From positions 1 through 41,067 of IMG/VR virus record IMGVR_UViG_3300037308_000832: DNA of 41,067 nt. One strand, 5' to 3'. The notes beneath the pieces are model-generated. The model saw only the letters and a program-made list of their open reading frames with translations, searched no databases and had not been told where the DNA came from. Both the position numbers and the translations under genes were made by a program. The stretch's first letter is position 1, and each line of letters starts with the position of its first letter. The DNA comes from a virus (Duplodnaviria; Caudoviricetes). Positions 8,448 to 16,160 of this stretch are shown here, one piece after another.

Positions 8448-8861
8448 ATGGAAAGCCAAACCGATAAACTTTATAAGCTGTTAGCTGACGGCAAACCCTA
8501 CCGGACCGACCAGATCGTGAGCATGGTGTACGGAAACGGACTGTCGTTGGCGCGTGTAGGAGCGCGGATATTCGACGTTAAGCGGAAGTATCGCATCATG
8601 ATAAAAGGGTGGAAGGATAAGGACAACCCGGCCCTGTACTGGTACCAGCGGTATTTCCCGCACGAGGTATTGGATCATAAAACGCTTCGGGACGATGACG
8701 TGGAGCGGGTGTTTCGGGAGACCGTTGGTAGGTTAAAGATGTTCGACCTGGAGAGCATCGAGTTCATCAATGCGTATAAAGCGTGGCAGAAAGCCAAGCC
8801 GCAAGACAGGGATCGGTGCAGAGGGGCGTTCGTTTATTTATACAATAGGCTAAATGTTTGA
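8448..8861 (+). CDS. Hypothetical protein with N-terminal wHTH
   Basis: LYKLLADGK..ARVGARIFDVKRK resembles a helix-turn-helix; tATG start. Confidence 0.6.
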   Translation: MESQTDKLYKLLADGKPYRTDQIVSMVYGNGLSLARVGARIFDVKRKYRIMIKGWKDKDNPALYWYQRYFPHEVLDHKTLRDDDVERVFRETVGRLKMFDLESIEFINAYKAWQKAKPQDRDRCRGAFVYLYNRLNV

Positions 8862-8868
8862 GGGTCAT

Positions 8869-9018
8869 AGACCTACTGGCCGTCGTCTCCCATTGTAGCG
8901 CCACCCCGATACCTATCAAGGTTGTCCGCCCACAGGATTACCTGTGGACGGCTCCACCTTGACAGGCATCGGGGTCCCCGGCGCTCTTTTTCTGGCGAGA
9001 CGGCCAGTAAGGCGGTCT
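8869..9018 (-). promoter_or_regulatory. Frpo-like single-stranded-DNA hairpin promoter upstream of parB
   Basis: TACTGGCCGTC/GACGGCCAGTA, ACCCCGAT/ATCGGGGT and CCACAGG-atta-CCTGTGG; minus strand of the left arm reads TTGATA-16 nt-TACAAT; paralogous to 3300-3438. Confidence 0.72.
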
Positions 9019-9055
9019 GGCATCTCAATTTACATACTCACCGCCAATCAACTCT

Positions 9056-10426
9056 ATGAAGTTGGAACAGATCAAAGTCGCGGACGCGTATCAATCCGAT
9101 ACGAACCCGCGCGGCACGGATTTCAGCGGCCCGGCGTTCGACGACCTGGTCGCAAGCGTTAAGGAGAAGGGCGTGTTGGTCCCGATCATCGTCAGGCCCA
9201 AGAAGAAGGGAGCGAAGCTGTACGAGGTCATCGCCGGCAACCGGCGGTTTAAGGCGGCGCAAACGGTCGGCTTACAGGAGATCCCGGCGCGGATCGAGGA
9301 GCTGAATGATGACGAGGCGAGCGAGGTTCAGATCATCGAGAATCTTCAGCGCGAGGATGTGCATCCGATCGAGGAGGGAGAGAGTTACCGACGATTGGTG
9401 GAACAGTCTCATTACGAGGTCGCGAGCATCGCGGCCAAGGTCGGTAAGTCGGAAAGCTACGTGCGGCAGCGTCTATTTTTGACGAATTTGAACAAGAAAG
9501 CGGCAGAGCAGTATCGGAAGGGAAAATTTACGGATGGTCACGCGGTGCTTATCGCAAAGCTGTCGCAAGGTGATCAGGACAAGGTCTTGAATCATTTCGG
9601 CGCGGAATGGCCGGCCTGGTCAGTGAGCGAAGTTAAGAATTGGATCAAGCAGAACATCTACGATTCCCTTGATTACCAGCCATGGCTTAAGGACGAGGAA
9701 GTTATGGAGGCGGTCGGTCCCTGCCAGGAATGCCCGCCGAACAATGCCACCCTGTTCGGGGAAAGAAAAGAGGGCGCCTGCACTTCGTTGAAATGCTGGA
9801 ACCGGAAAATGAAACTGTACATCAACTATGTGGCGGAAAAGGAAAACACCTTGCTTAAGGTAAGCAAGGAATACGGTACGCCCGAAACCAAGGGAGTTAT
9901 AGGCCGCAGCGATTACCAGGCTTTGAGCACCAAAAAGAAGACTCATTGTGAATACGCTGAAAAGGCGGTGGTGGCCGAGGGGCCGGACCAGGGGACGGTA
10001 ATTTGGGTATGCGCGGATAAGCGGTGCAAAGAGCACGGCGATCAGCATACTTCTTACAAACTTTCTTCCGAGGAAAAGGAAGCCCGGAAGAAGGAGCGTG
10101 CCCGGGAGGAAGCCAAGAAGGCGAAAGATGATCAAAAGTTGCTCGGCGTGTTGGCCGGCATCCAGTGGCCGATGGACGATAAGACGCTTGATGTTTTGGT
10201 GGATGTAACGATCGAACGGAGCGGACGGGATGTCGCCCGTATCATCGCGAAGCGGCACCAGTGGGAAGTGAAGCGGACGGATAACCGGGTGGATTACGAT
10301 TTGACGGTCAGGGAACGAATGGCGGTTATGACGAGTCAGGAGAAGGTTCAGTACTTGACTGAGATGTTGCTTCAGTGTGTGTGGGAGGAACCACGGAAGA
10401 AGGCGCTGAATACGCTGGTGAAATAA
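9056..10426 (+). CDS. ParB/RepB/Spo0J-family protein (long, mobile-element type with Cys-rich region)
   Basis: NPR, GVLVPIIVR, YEVIAGNRRFKA, IIENLQRED motifs and HTH. Confidence 0.9.
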   Translation: MKLEQIKVADAYQSDTNPRGTDFSGPAFDDLVASVKEKGVLVPIIVRPKKKGAKLYEVIAGNRRFKAAQTVGLQEIPARIEELNDDEASEVQIIENLQREDVHPIEEGESYRRLVEQSHYEVASIAAKVGKSESYVRQRLFLTNLNKKAAEQYRKGKFTDGHAVLIAKLSQGDQDKVLNHFGAEWPAWSVSEVKNWIKQNIYDSLDYQPWLKDEEVMEAVGPCQECPPNNATLFGERKEGACTSLKCWNRKMKLYINYVAEKENTLLKVSKEYGTPETKGVIGRSDYQALSTKKKTHCEYAEKAVVAEGPDQGTVIWVCADKRCKEHGDQHTSYKLSSEEKEARKKERAREEAKKAKDDQKLLGVLAGIQWPMDDKTLDVLVDVTIERSGRDVARIIAKRHQWEVKRTDNRVDYDLTVRERMAVMTSQEKVQYLTEMLLQCVWEEPRKKALNTLVK

Positions 10427-10437
10427 GGTCGATTGCG

Positions 10438-10476
10438 GGGGAGGCGGGCTTCGGTCCGTCTCCCTCGTTTTGTTTT
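10438..10476 (+). terminator. Rho-independent terminator after parB
   Basis: GGGAGGCGG-gcttcggt-CCGTCTCCC followed by a T-rich run. Confidence 0.65.
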
Positions 10477-10560
10477 AAGAAAGGTTTGCCCGAATATATC
10501 CCCTACGCCCAAAAGCCGGGCCTCGCGGAAGAGCAAAAATTTCATTAGCTGTTCGCAAGC

Positions 10561-10620
10561 AAAAAATCCGAATCGGCGCGATATATGGAGAACAACGGTA
10601 GGCGCCCATTCGGATTTTTT
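10561..10620. repeat. Inverted repeat upstream of the relaxase; oriT candidate
   Basis: Perfect 13 bp AAAAAATCCGAAT/ATTCGGATTTTTT in the spacer between the parB terminator and the relaxase. Confidence 0.55.
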
Positions 10621-10696
10621 GTTGCTCACCCTCCTTGTATATGTTATTTTTGCTCATCCGCTACTGCCCGGTTAAAAGCCTTTTAATAGGGGCTAG

Positions 10697-11296
10697 ATGA
10701 CGCTCGATTCGTACCTGTCGCCGACGAGGACCAGACCTCGACTTATCCAGGGATTACGGACGCTTGCGTTGGTCCGCTACGCCACGCTCCCCCTTCTTCA
10801 GGCTGTCAGAAAACCCTACCGCCAGCACATTTACACCAAATCATCCTTCCAGGCCCTGTCAGAATTGGAAATAGTGAAGAACCGGAACGGTGTTTTTTCG
10901 GTCGGTCCGAAAGGCTGGAATTTATTGGATTTACCGGAACACTACCAGAAGCGGTGCCGGGGTGAGGGCGGGGAGCACGATCTGGCTGTCAGCGCCTTCC
11001 TCATAAACCTTACAGAAAACCCGGAGTTCCTGACAGTGTTCTATCCCCATTTCGGCGACCTGCGGCCGGACGCCTGTATCATTTACCGGAAAGAGGGCGC
11101 TTACCGGATCGAGTTCCTGGAGGTGGAGGTCTCTCCGAAGGAGAAAGAGTACCTGCCGGAGAAGATGAAGAAGTACGACCGGCTGGCTAAGGACTACCAG
11201 ACCTACGCGACCTGGTGGCAGTTGTGGAGCAAGCGGTTAGGGTTGCCGTACTGCACGGCGGATGAGTTCAAATTCAGCGTGCGAGTGGAGGGGTGA
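10697..11296 (+). CDS. Replic_Relax (MOBC-like PD-(D/E)XK) relaxase-like protein, copy 2
   Basis: EHDLAV, LRPDA, FLEVE and KMKKY motifs; in an operon with a coupling-protein-like ATPase. Confidence 0.75.
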   Translation: MTLDSYLSPTRTRPRLIQGLRTLALVRYATLPLLQAVRKPYRQHIYTKSSFQALSELEIVKNRNGVFSVGPKGWNLLDLPEHYQKRCRGEGGEHDLAVSAFLINLTENPEFLTVFYPHFGDLRPDACIIYRKEGAYRIEFLEVEVSPKEKEYLPEKMKKYDRLAKDYQTYATWWQLWSKRLGLPYCTADEFKFSVRVEG

Positions 11297-11722
11297 ATGG
11301 CGAGAAAATTCGATCCGAACGGAAAGAGTTTTTTTGACGGATTGATGTCCGGTCCGAGCGACGATGAGATACGGGAAGAGAAGGAGCGCAAACGCAAAGA
11401 GAAGCTGGACCGCTGGGCGCGGGAAGAATACACCGCCGGGGAATCCGTCTTTTTCGGGTTAGGCAGTATCATCGGCGATAAGCTGGCGGAGAAGCTCTAC
11501 CCGTTCGATGAGACGATCATGAGAGCGGAACGGCAAGCGGACCTGTTGCAGAAGATAGCGAATATCATCCAGACTACGAATAACGCAGAGCAGGCGATAC
11601 GGATACTGGAAGCGGAGAAACTGAAACAGGAAACGCGCAGGGTGAGAGCGCAAGCGGACGTTGAGGAAGCCAATGCTGACTTTACCATCGATGAGCTTAG
11701 GCGTCTCAAGGAAGGTAAGTGA
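11297..11722 (+). CDS. Hypothetical coiled-coil protein between relaxase and ATPase
   Basis: Abuts the relaxase stop; GGAGG SD; helical and charged. Confidence 0.7.
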   Translation: MARKFDPNGKSFFDGLMSGPSDDEIREEKERKRKEKLDRWAREEYTAGESVFFGLGSIIGDKLAEKLYPFDETIMRAERQADLLQKIANIIQTTNNAEQAIRILEAEKLKQETRRVRAQADVEEANADFTIDELRRLKEGK

Positions 11723-12809
11723 AGGCGTCCCGATCTGGAAAGGGGCGGACCGCTTCAAGCACCTGTTCGCGGTCGGCGGGACCGGCGCCGGCAAGAGCAC
11801 ATTCCTGTTAAACTTAATCGCCAAGACCGACGGAGGGATGGTCATCCTCGACCCGAACGGCTCTCTGGCCGAGCAAGCGTTACGCCTGAAGCCGGGGGCG
11901 TGGTACGTCACGAAGGACAACCCCATCGCCATCAATCCGCTCGATCGTGACGTGCCGCTGGAAAACATGGCGGATGAGTTTGTCGAAGTCATGGAGATGG
12001 CGGTCAAGATTGTGTCGCCGGACCAGAAGCCAAGCACCGTGCTTATGCAGCGGATTATGCGGAATGCGCTACGAATCGGCATTAAAGACATCAAAGAATT
12101 GGTCCGTTTCTTTGATGACCCGAAATTACGAAAGGCGCACTCGGATGATTACTGGAAACATTTTGACGACCGAGATAGTCGGGGATGGTTCGTGGATAAG
12201 GACCGGGTGGAGAGCGTGCTGAGAACGGCGGTCCGGTTATCCGCGATGACCGAAGACAGCAGCGTTTATTCGTTTTTGAAGGGCAAGAGCAAGTTCGACG
12301 TGGAAATGATTGCCAAAGAGAAATTGACCGTCATTTTCAATTTTCAGCGATGCAGTGATTTCGTCACGGCTTTCTTGGGCGGCCTGGTGGCGATGGGGGT
12401 CAAGAGCTATTACCAGAACAAGGCGAACTATGATGCCCCGCCGTTCTACTTTTTCGTTGATGAGGCCCGGTTGTTTTTCAGCGAGTTATACCAGCGCTTT
12501 TTGGCCGAATGCCGGAAGTACAACATATCCGTGAATCTGGCGTTCCATTCGTTGTCGCAAGTGAATCCCGCGCTCATGGATATGTGTTTTGCCAATTGCC
12601 ACGCCAAGGTATTTCTTGGCGGCAGCTATCTGGATGCTAAGGTGTTCGGTGAAATGATGAACTATAAAATGCCCAGTTTCAAAAATCACGAGGGTGTTGT
12701 TTGCATAGGCAACAAAGCGCACTACGTCATGTTCTATCCTCCTCCCAATCTCCCGGAAGGCCCGCCGCAATACAACTTCATGAAAGACGGCTGGATTACC
12801 GTTACCTAA
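11691..12809 (+). CDS. VirD4/TraD/HerA-like P-loop ATPase (T4 coupling protein-like, no obvious TM anchor)
   Basis: DRFKH..GGTGAGKS Walker A, ILDPNG, INPL, FFVDEA Walker B and ECRKY motifs; start could be 11661 or 11691. Confidence 0.82.
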   Translation: MSLGVSRKVSEGVPIWKGADRFKHLFAVGGTGAGKSTFLLNLIAKTDGGMVILDPNGSLAEQALRLKPGAWYVTKDNPIAINPLDRDVPLENMADEFVEVMEMAVKIVSPDQKPSTVLMQRIMRNALRIGIKDIKELVRFFDDPKLRKAHSDDYWKHFDDRDSRGWFVDKDRVESVLRTAVRLSAMTEDSSVYSFLKGKSKFDVEMIAKEKLTVIFNFQRCSDFVTAFLGGLVAMGVKSYYQNKANYDAPPFYFFVDEARLFFSELYQRFLAECRKYNISVNLAFHSLSQVNPALMDMCFANCHAKVFLGGSYLDAKVFGEMMNYKMPSFKNHEGVVCIGNKAHYVMFYPPPNLPEGPPQYNFMKDGWITVT

Positions 12810-12815
12810 GAATTG

Positions 12816-12824
12816 TGCTAGAAT
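12816..12824 (+). promoter_or_regulatory. Extended -10 promoter
   Basis: TG-c-TAGAAT about 7 nt upstream of the structured element. Confidence 0.5.
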
Positions 12825-12831
12825 GTAAGCA

Positions 12832-13030
12832 GGTGGGCCGCAGGCCGGGATACGGACAGAATCCCGTCCCTAGGCGACCTGTTACCCGCCGCTACCTATT
12901 CGCTGCCAAGCGTACCGTGTTGGTCTCTTCACGGATGGTAGGGGAGTAACTAAGCGGGACAGCCGCAGGAAGCCTTGCGCTGACTCTTGCGCTCGGCTGA
13001 CGTGCATCGGCGGTGTTGCGGCCTTAACCA
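12832..13030 (+). ncRNA. Unassigned multi-branched structured RNA (~200 nt)
   Basis: GGCCGCA/TGCGGCC closing stem with G-U pairs; inner GGGAT/ATCCC, GTCCC/GGGAC, GTTAC/GTAAC, CTACC/GGTAG and CCGTG/CACGG. Confidence 0.55.
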
Positions 13031-13037
13031 GGAATTT

Positions 13038-13066
13038 GGGCCGGGACACCCCGGCCCTTTCCTTTT
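13038..13066 (+). terminator. Intrinsic terminator between the RNA and the DnaG-like gene
   Basis: GGGCCGGG-acac-CCCGGCCC-TTTCCTTTT. Confidence 0.65.
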
Positions 13067-13083
13067 ACCGAAAGGAGGAAAGG

Positions 13084-13812
13084 ATGTACGTCGATTTCAA
13101 GGAAGTGTCCGCGATCCCGTTCAAGGCCGTACTCGACTGGCTCAACATCGGGTACACAGAAACAGACAACGAACTCAAAGGCGACACCTTCATCGTGTCC
13201 AAAGACAAAGGGCTCTTTTTCAATCCCAAGTGCAAGGACGAGAAGGGAAGCGTCATCAATTTCCTCGCCCTCCATCGCCACGTGTCCCTCCGGGACGCCG
13301 CCATCGAACTCAAGAAACAGTTTCAGACCGTAAAACAGGAACCGAAACGGGACATCCCGGAACTAGACCTTTTGTACACAGCGGAGGTCAAAGACCTTGG
13401 CATCAGCGAGGAACTGGCCAAGAACTATGAGATCGGCCTGGTGAAACAAAAGTCCATCATGGCCGGCAAGGTGGCGTTCCGGGTGTACGACCGGGAGGGG
13501 AAACCGATCGGCTACGTCGGCCTGAAGGACGGCCAGTGGTTCTATCCCAAGGGCTTTGAAGCCGCGAAGCACCTCTGCAATTACAACCGCAGGAACGGCA
13601 ACAACTTCTGTGTGCTCTGTTCCTCTCCCCTGGAAGCGGTCCTGTACCACCAAGAACACAAGGAGCCGCGCGTCATCGCTCTTTTCAATCAATCCGTATC
13701 AGACGAGCAGATCGGACTGCTCAAAGCCTTCAAGTACATTCTGCTCATTCATCCAAAACCGGAAAACATCCTATCCCGCCTCGCCAAGATCGCTTACGTG
13801 CATATCAAGTAA
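13084..13812 (+). CDS. Degenerate DnaG-like primase homologue
   Basis: KGSVINFL..SLRDAAIEL (ZBD-like), GISEELAKNYEIG, KVAFRVYDREGKPIGYVG, SVSDEQIGLLK; TOPRIM E and DxD residues appear absent; AAGGAGG SD. Confidence 0.7.
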   Translation: MYVDFKEVSAIPFKAVLDWLNIGYTETDNELKGDTFIVSKDKGLFFNPKCKDEKGSVINFLALHRHVSLRDAAIELKKQFQTVKQEPKRDIPELDLLYTAEVKDLGISEELAKNYEIGLVKQKSIMAGKVAFRVYDREGKPIGYVGLKDGQWFYPKGFEAAKHLCNYNRRNGNNFCVLCSSPLEAVLYHQEHKEPRVIALFNQSVSDEQIGLLKAFKYILLIHPKPENILSRLAKIAYVHIK

Positions 13813-13819
13813 CCATCAC

Positions 13820-13844
13820 GCCGCCTAGACAGGGCGGCTTTTTC
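13820..13844 (+). terminator. Rho-independent terminator
   Basis: GCCGCC-tagacag-GGCGGC followed by a T run. Confidence 0.7.
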
Positions 13845-13877
13845 TTGGTACAATTAAGATAGATTTAATCCCCCGTA

Positions 13878-14138
13878 ATGCACACCAAGGAGTTTCAGCG
13901 CATTCTCGCGAAGATGCCGCCGGAAGAGCAGGCAGTTATTTTTTGGTGGCGCGTTTGGTTTTTTCCCCGGGTGCTCACTGCTGAAGAGATAGCCGCCCAC
14001 GTAAAATTGCCATCCGATCATGTCCATCAGATCATCATCAAGTTCAATCGGCATTGCCGGCTCAAGATAGAGCTGGCTTGTTTTTTATCCACACTCTACA
14101 AGGACATAATTCCAGACCTGAAGCAACTTGACAGGTAA
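13878..14138 (+). CDS. Sigma70 region-4-like HTH protein
   Basis: LAKMPPEEQAVI..LTAEEIAAHVKL..VHQI pattern. Confidence 0.65.
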   Translation: MHTKEFQRILAKMPPEEQAVIFWWRVWFFPRVLTAEEIAAHVKLPSDHVHQIIIKFNRHCRLKIELACFLSTLYKDIIPDLKQLDR

Positions 14139-14420
14139 GAATATGGTATAATGGAATTAAGGAGATGATTAGTCCACATGGACAATCAACCGTAACCGCT
14201 ACCGCCGACCTGCTTCTGCAGCGATCGGCGAATTGCGGTATCCCCCGGAAGTCCCCGCCTTTTCAATACAAGCCGAAGACCTACACCCTTGAAGAGTTCA
14301 AGAAGATTTTTGTGAACGGTACCTCTTCTGGCGACCTATGATCTAATGGGCTGGCGGCAAGAAAAAGTAGCCGCAAATAGAATGTGCTAATTTTAGGGCA
14401 AATGTCCTGATTAATGCAGT

Positions 14421-14690
14421 ATGGCCGGCAGAAAATCATTCCACGCTGAACTTCGATTGTTCGAGCGGTATAACGAACTCACCGTTCCGTATTTCAACTT
14501 CCTGAAGCGGATGCTTAAGAGCAAGAGCAAGGAGGACAAGAAGTGGGCGTCGGAACGTATCGAGAAGGCATTCGTTAAGATGATACCCCAGGATGTTACG
14601 TCGGGAGGCGAGAAGATACAGCCCATATATGCAGGGATTTCAAAACACCTCGGCGACCAAGAAGATATTCAGCCTGAAGAAAAGGATTAG
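14421..14690 (+). CDS. Putative terminase small subunit
   Basis: Immediately upstream of and overlapping terL; C-terminal DVTSGGEKI typical of TerS tails. Confidence 0.55.
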   Translation: MAGRKSFHAELRLFERYNELTVPYFNFLKRMLKSKSKEDKKWASERIEKAFVKMIPQDVTSGGEKIQPIYAGISKHLGDQEDIQPEEKD

Positions 14691-15846
14691 GGCCGTCGCC
14701 GGCGGCACGTCCGCCAGCAAGACCATCTCCATCCTGATCTGGCTCATTGACTACGGGCAGTCCACCAATAACGAAGTGATGACGGTGGTGGCCGAGTCCG
14801 TGCCCCATCTCTTGCTGGGTGCCATTCGCGACTTCAAGAGCATCATGACCACGCAGGGATATTGGCGGGAGTCACGTTGGAACGAGAGCAAGCACATTTA
14901 CACTTTCGAGAACAACACCATCCTGGAGTTTATTTCCTTCGACAAGTTCGGCAAGGCGCACGGACCGAGGCGCGACATCCTGTTTTTGAACGAAGCGAAC
15001 AACATTCCTTACAACATCGCCGACCAGCTCATCACGCGCACCCGCAAGATCGTGTGGATGGACTGGAATCCGAGCGAAGAGTTCTATTTCTACACGGAGA
15101 TGCTCCCGAACCGGACCGACATCGACTTCATCACCCTGACGTACAAGGATAATGAGGCGTTGGACGAAGTCTCCATCACGGAGATCGAGAGCCACAAGAA
15201 CAACAAGCAGTGGTGGACGGTGTACGGCCTTGGGCAGTTAGGTGAGATCGAGACCAGAATATATACCGGCTGGAAACTGATCGATGAGACACCTCATGAG
15301 GCCAGGCTGGAGCGGTACGGACTGGATTTCGGGTATACCAACGATCCGACCGCCATCACCGCTCTGTATTATTACAACGGGGGCTATATCCTGGACGAAC
15401 TGCTCTACCGGAAAGGATTGTCCAACAAGGAGATAGCCGACTTCATCCGCAACCTTCCCGCCGCGACTGTCATCGCCGATTCAGCCGAGCCGAAAAGCAT
15501 CGACGAAATCAGAAGCTACGGTATCGCCATTCAGGGCGCTAAGAAGATAGGCGAGAAGTTCGGCGGCATTCAGAATTACAACAAATGGGCCATCGGCCAG
15601 GTGCAGGCGCAAAGGATGAGCGTAACCAAGAGAAGCCTGAACGGGATAAGGGAGTACCGCAATTACCTCTGGGACGTGGACAAGAACGGGAAGATCTTGA
15701 ACGACCCCGCTCCCGGAGCCGATCACTTCCTCGACGCTGCCAAGTATGCCATCTGCTCCCTCGCGCCGATCATCAACAGGGCCGAGTATATCAATTCGCT
15801 CCCTTACTTTCCTAATAACGACAAGCCGGTGAATCCGGCCCGATAA
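14629..15846 (+). CDS. terL: Terminase large subunit, PBSX/SPP1-like
   Basis: GGTSASKT Walker A, LFLNEAN, DWNP, GLDFGYTNDPTA, ADSAEPKSI and DHFLDAAKY. Confidence 0.95.
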   Translation: MQGFQNTSATKKIFSLKKRIRAVAGGTSASKTISILIWLIDYGQSTNNEVMTVVAESVPHLLLGAIRDFKSIMTTQGYWRESRWNESKHIYTFENNTILEFISFDKFGKAHGPRRDILFLNEANNIPYNIADQLITRTRKIVWMDWNPSEEFYFYTEMLPNRTDIDFITLTYKDNEALDEVSITEIESHKNNKQWWTVYGLGQLGEIETRIYTGWKLIDETPHEARLERYGLDFGYTNDPTAITALYYYNGGYILDELLYRKGLSNKEIADFIRNLPAATVIADSAEPKSIDEIRSYGIAIQGAKKIGEKFGGIQNYNKWAIGQVQAQRMSVTKRSLNGIREYRNYLWDVDKNGKILNDPAPGADHFLDAAKYAICSLAPIINRAEYINSLPYFPNNDKPVNPAR

Positions 15847-15850
15847 ACCT

Positions 15851-16159
15851 ATGCCCAGAAAGAAGAAAGTCGAAGCGTCGGCCGTGGAAGCGGTCGAAGT
15901 GCCGGTCGAGAACTTGAAAATTTATCAGGTCACGTTGACCGTCAACGAGCAGACGCAGGCTACCGACGGCGAGACGCTGTTGGACGCCTTTGGCAAACTG
16001 GACAAGCACGAGGTTTTCAACACGCTGGGCGAGCTGAGGGTCAAGAAGAACGATCGGGAGTTCTCCATGTCGCTTACCGTGCCGAAGCTGCGAAATTTCT
16101 TCAACGACGAGACCTTTCGTCAGATAATCAACGACCATTTTGAACTTGCTTTAAGCTGA
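15851..16159 (+). CDS. Hypothetical protein
   Basis: 102 aa ORF packed between terL and portal. Confidence 0.7.
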   Translation: MPRKKKVEASAVEAVEVPVENLKIYQVTLTVNEQTQATDGETLLDAFGKLDKHEVFNTLGELRVKKNDREFSMSLTVPKLRNFFNDETFRQIINDHFELALS

Positions 16160-16160
16160 T

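Noticed and set aside
10697-12809. HerA/nuclease anti-phage defence pair or complete conjugation system
   Set aside because: Not fully excluded, but the Replic_Relax motifs plus leading-region geometry fit mobilisation better; no VirB4, VirB6 or pilin genes, so it is not self-transmissible
12832-13030. SRP RNA, tmRNA or 6S RNA
   Set aside because: SRP domain IV consensus, tmRNA tRNA-like ends and the simple 6S rod with central bubble were not recognisable; left unassigned
14128-14152. Canonical -35/-10 late promoter TTGACA..TATAAT
   Set aside because: Spacer is only 13 nt; it may work as an extended -10 (TGGTATAAT), but the pairing with this -35 is not supported
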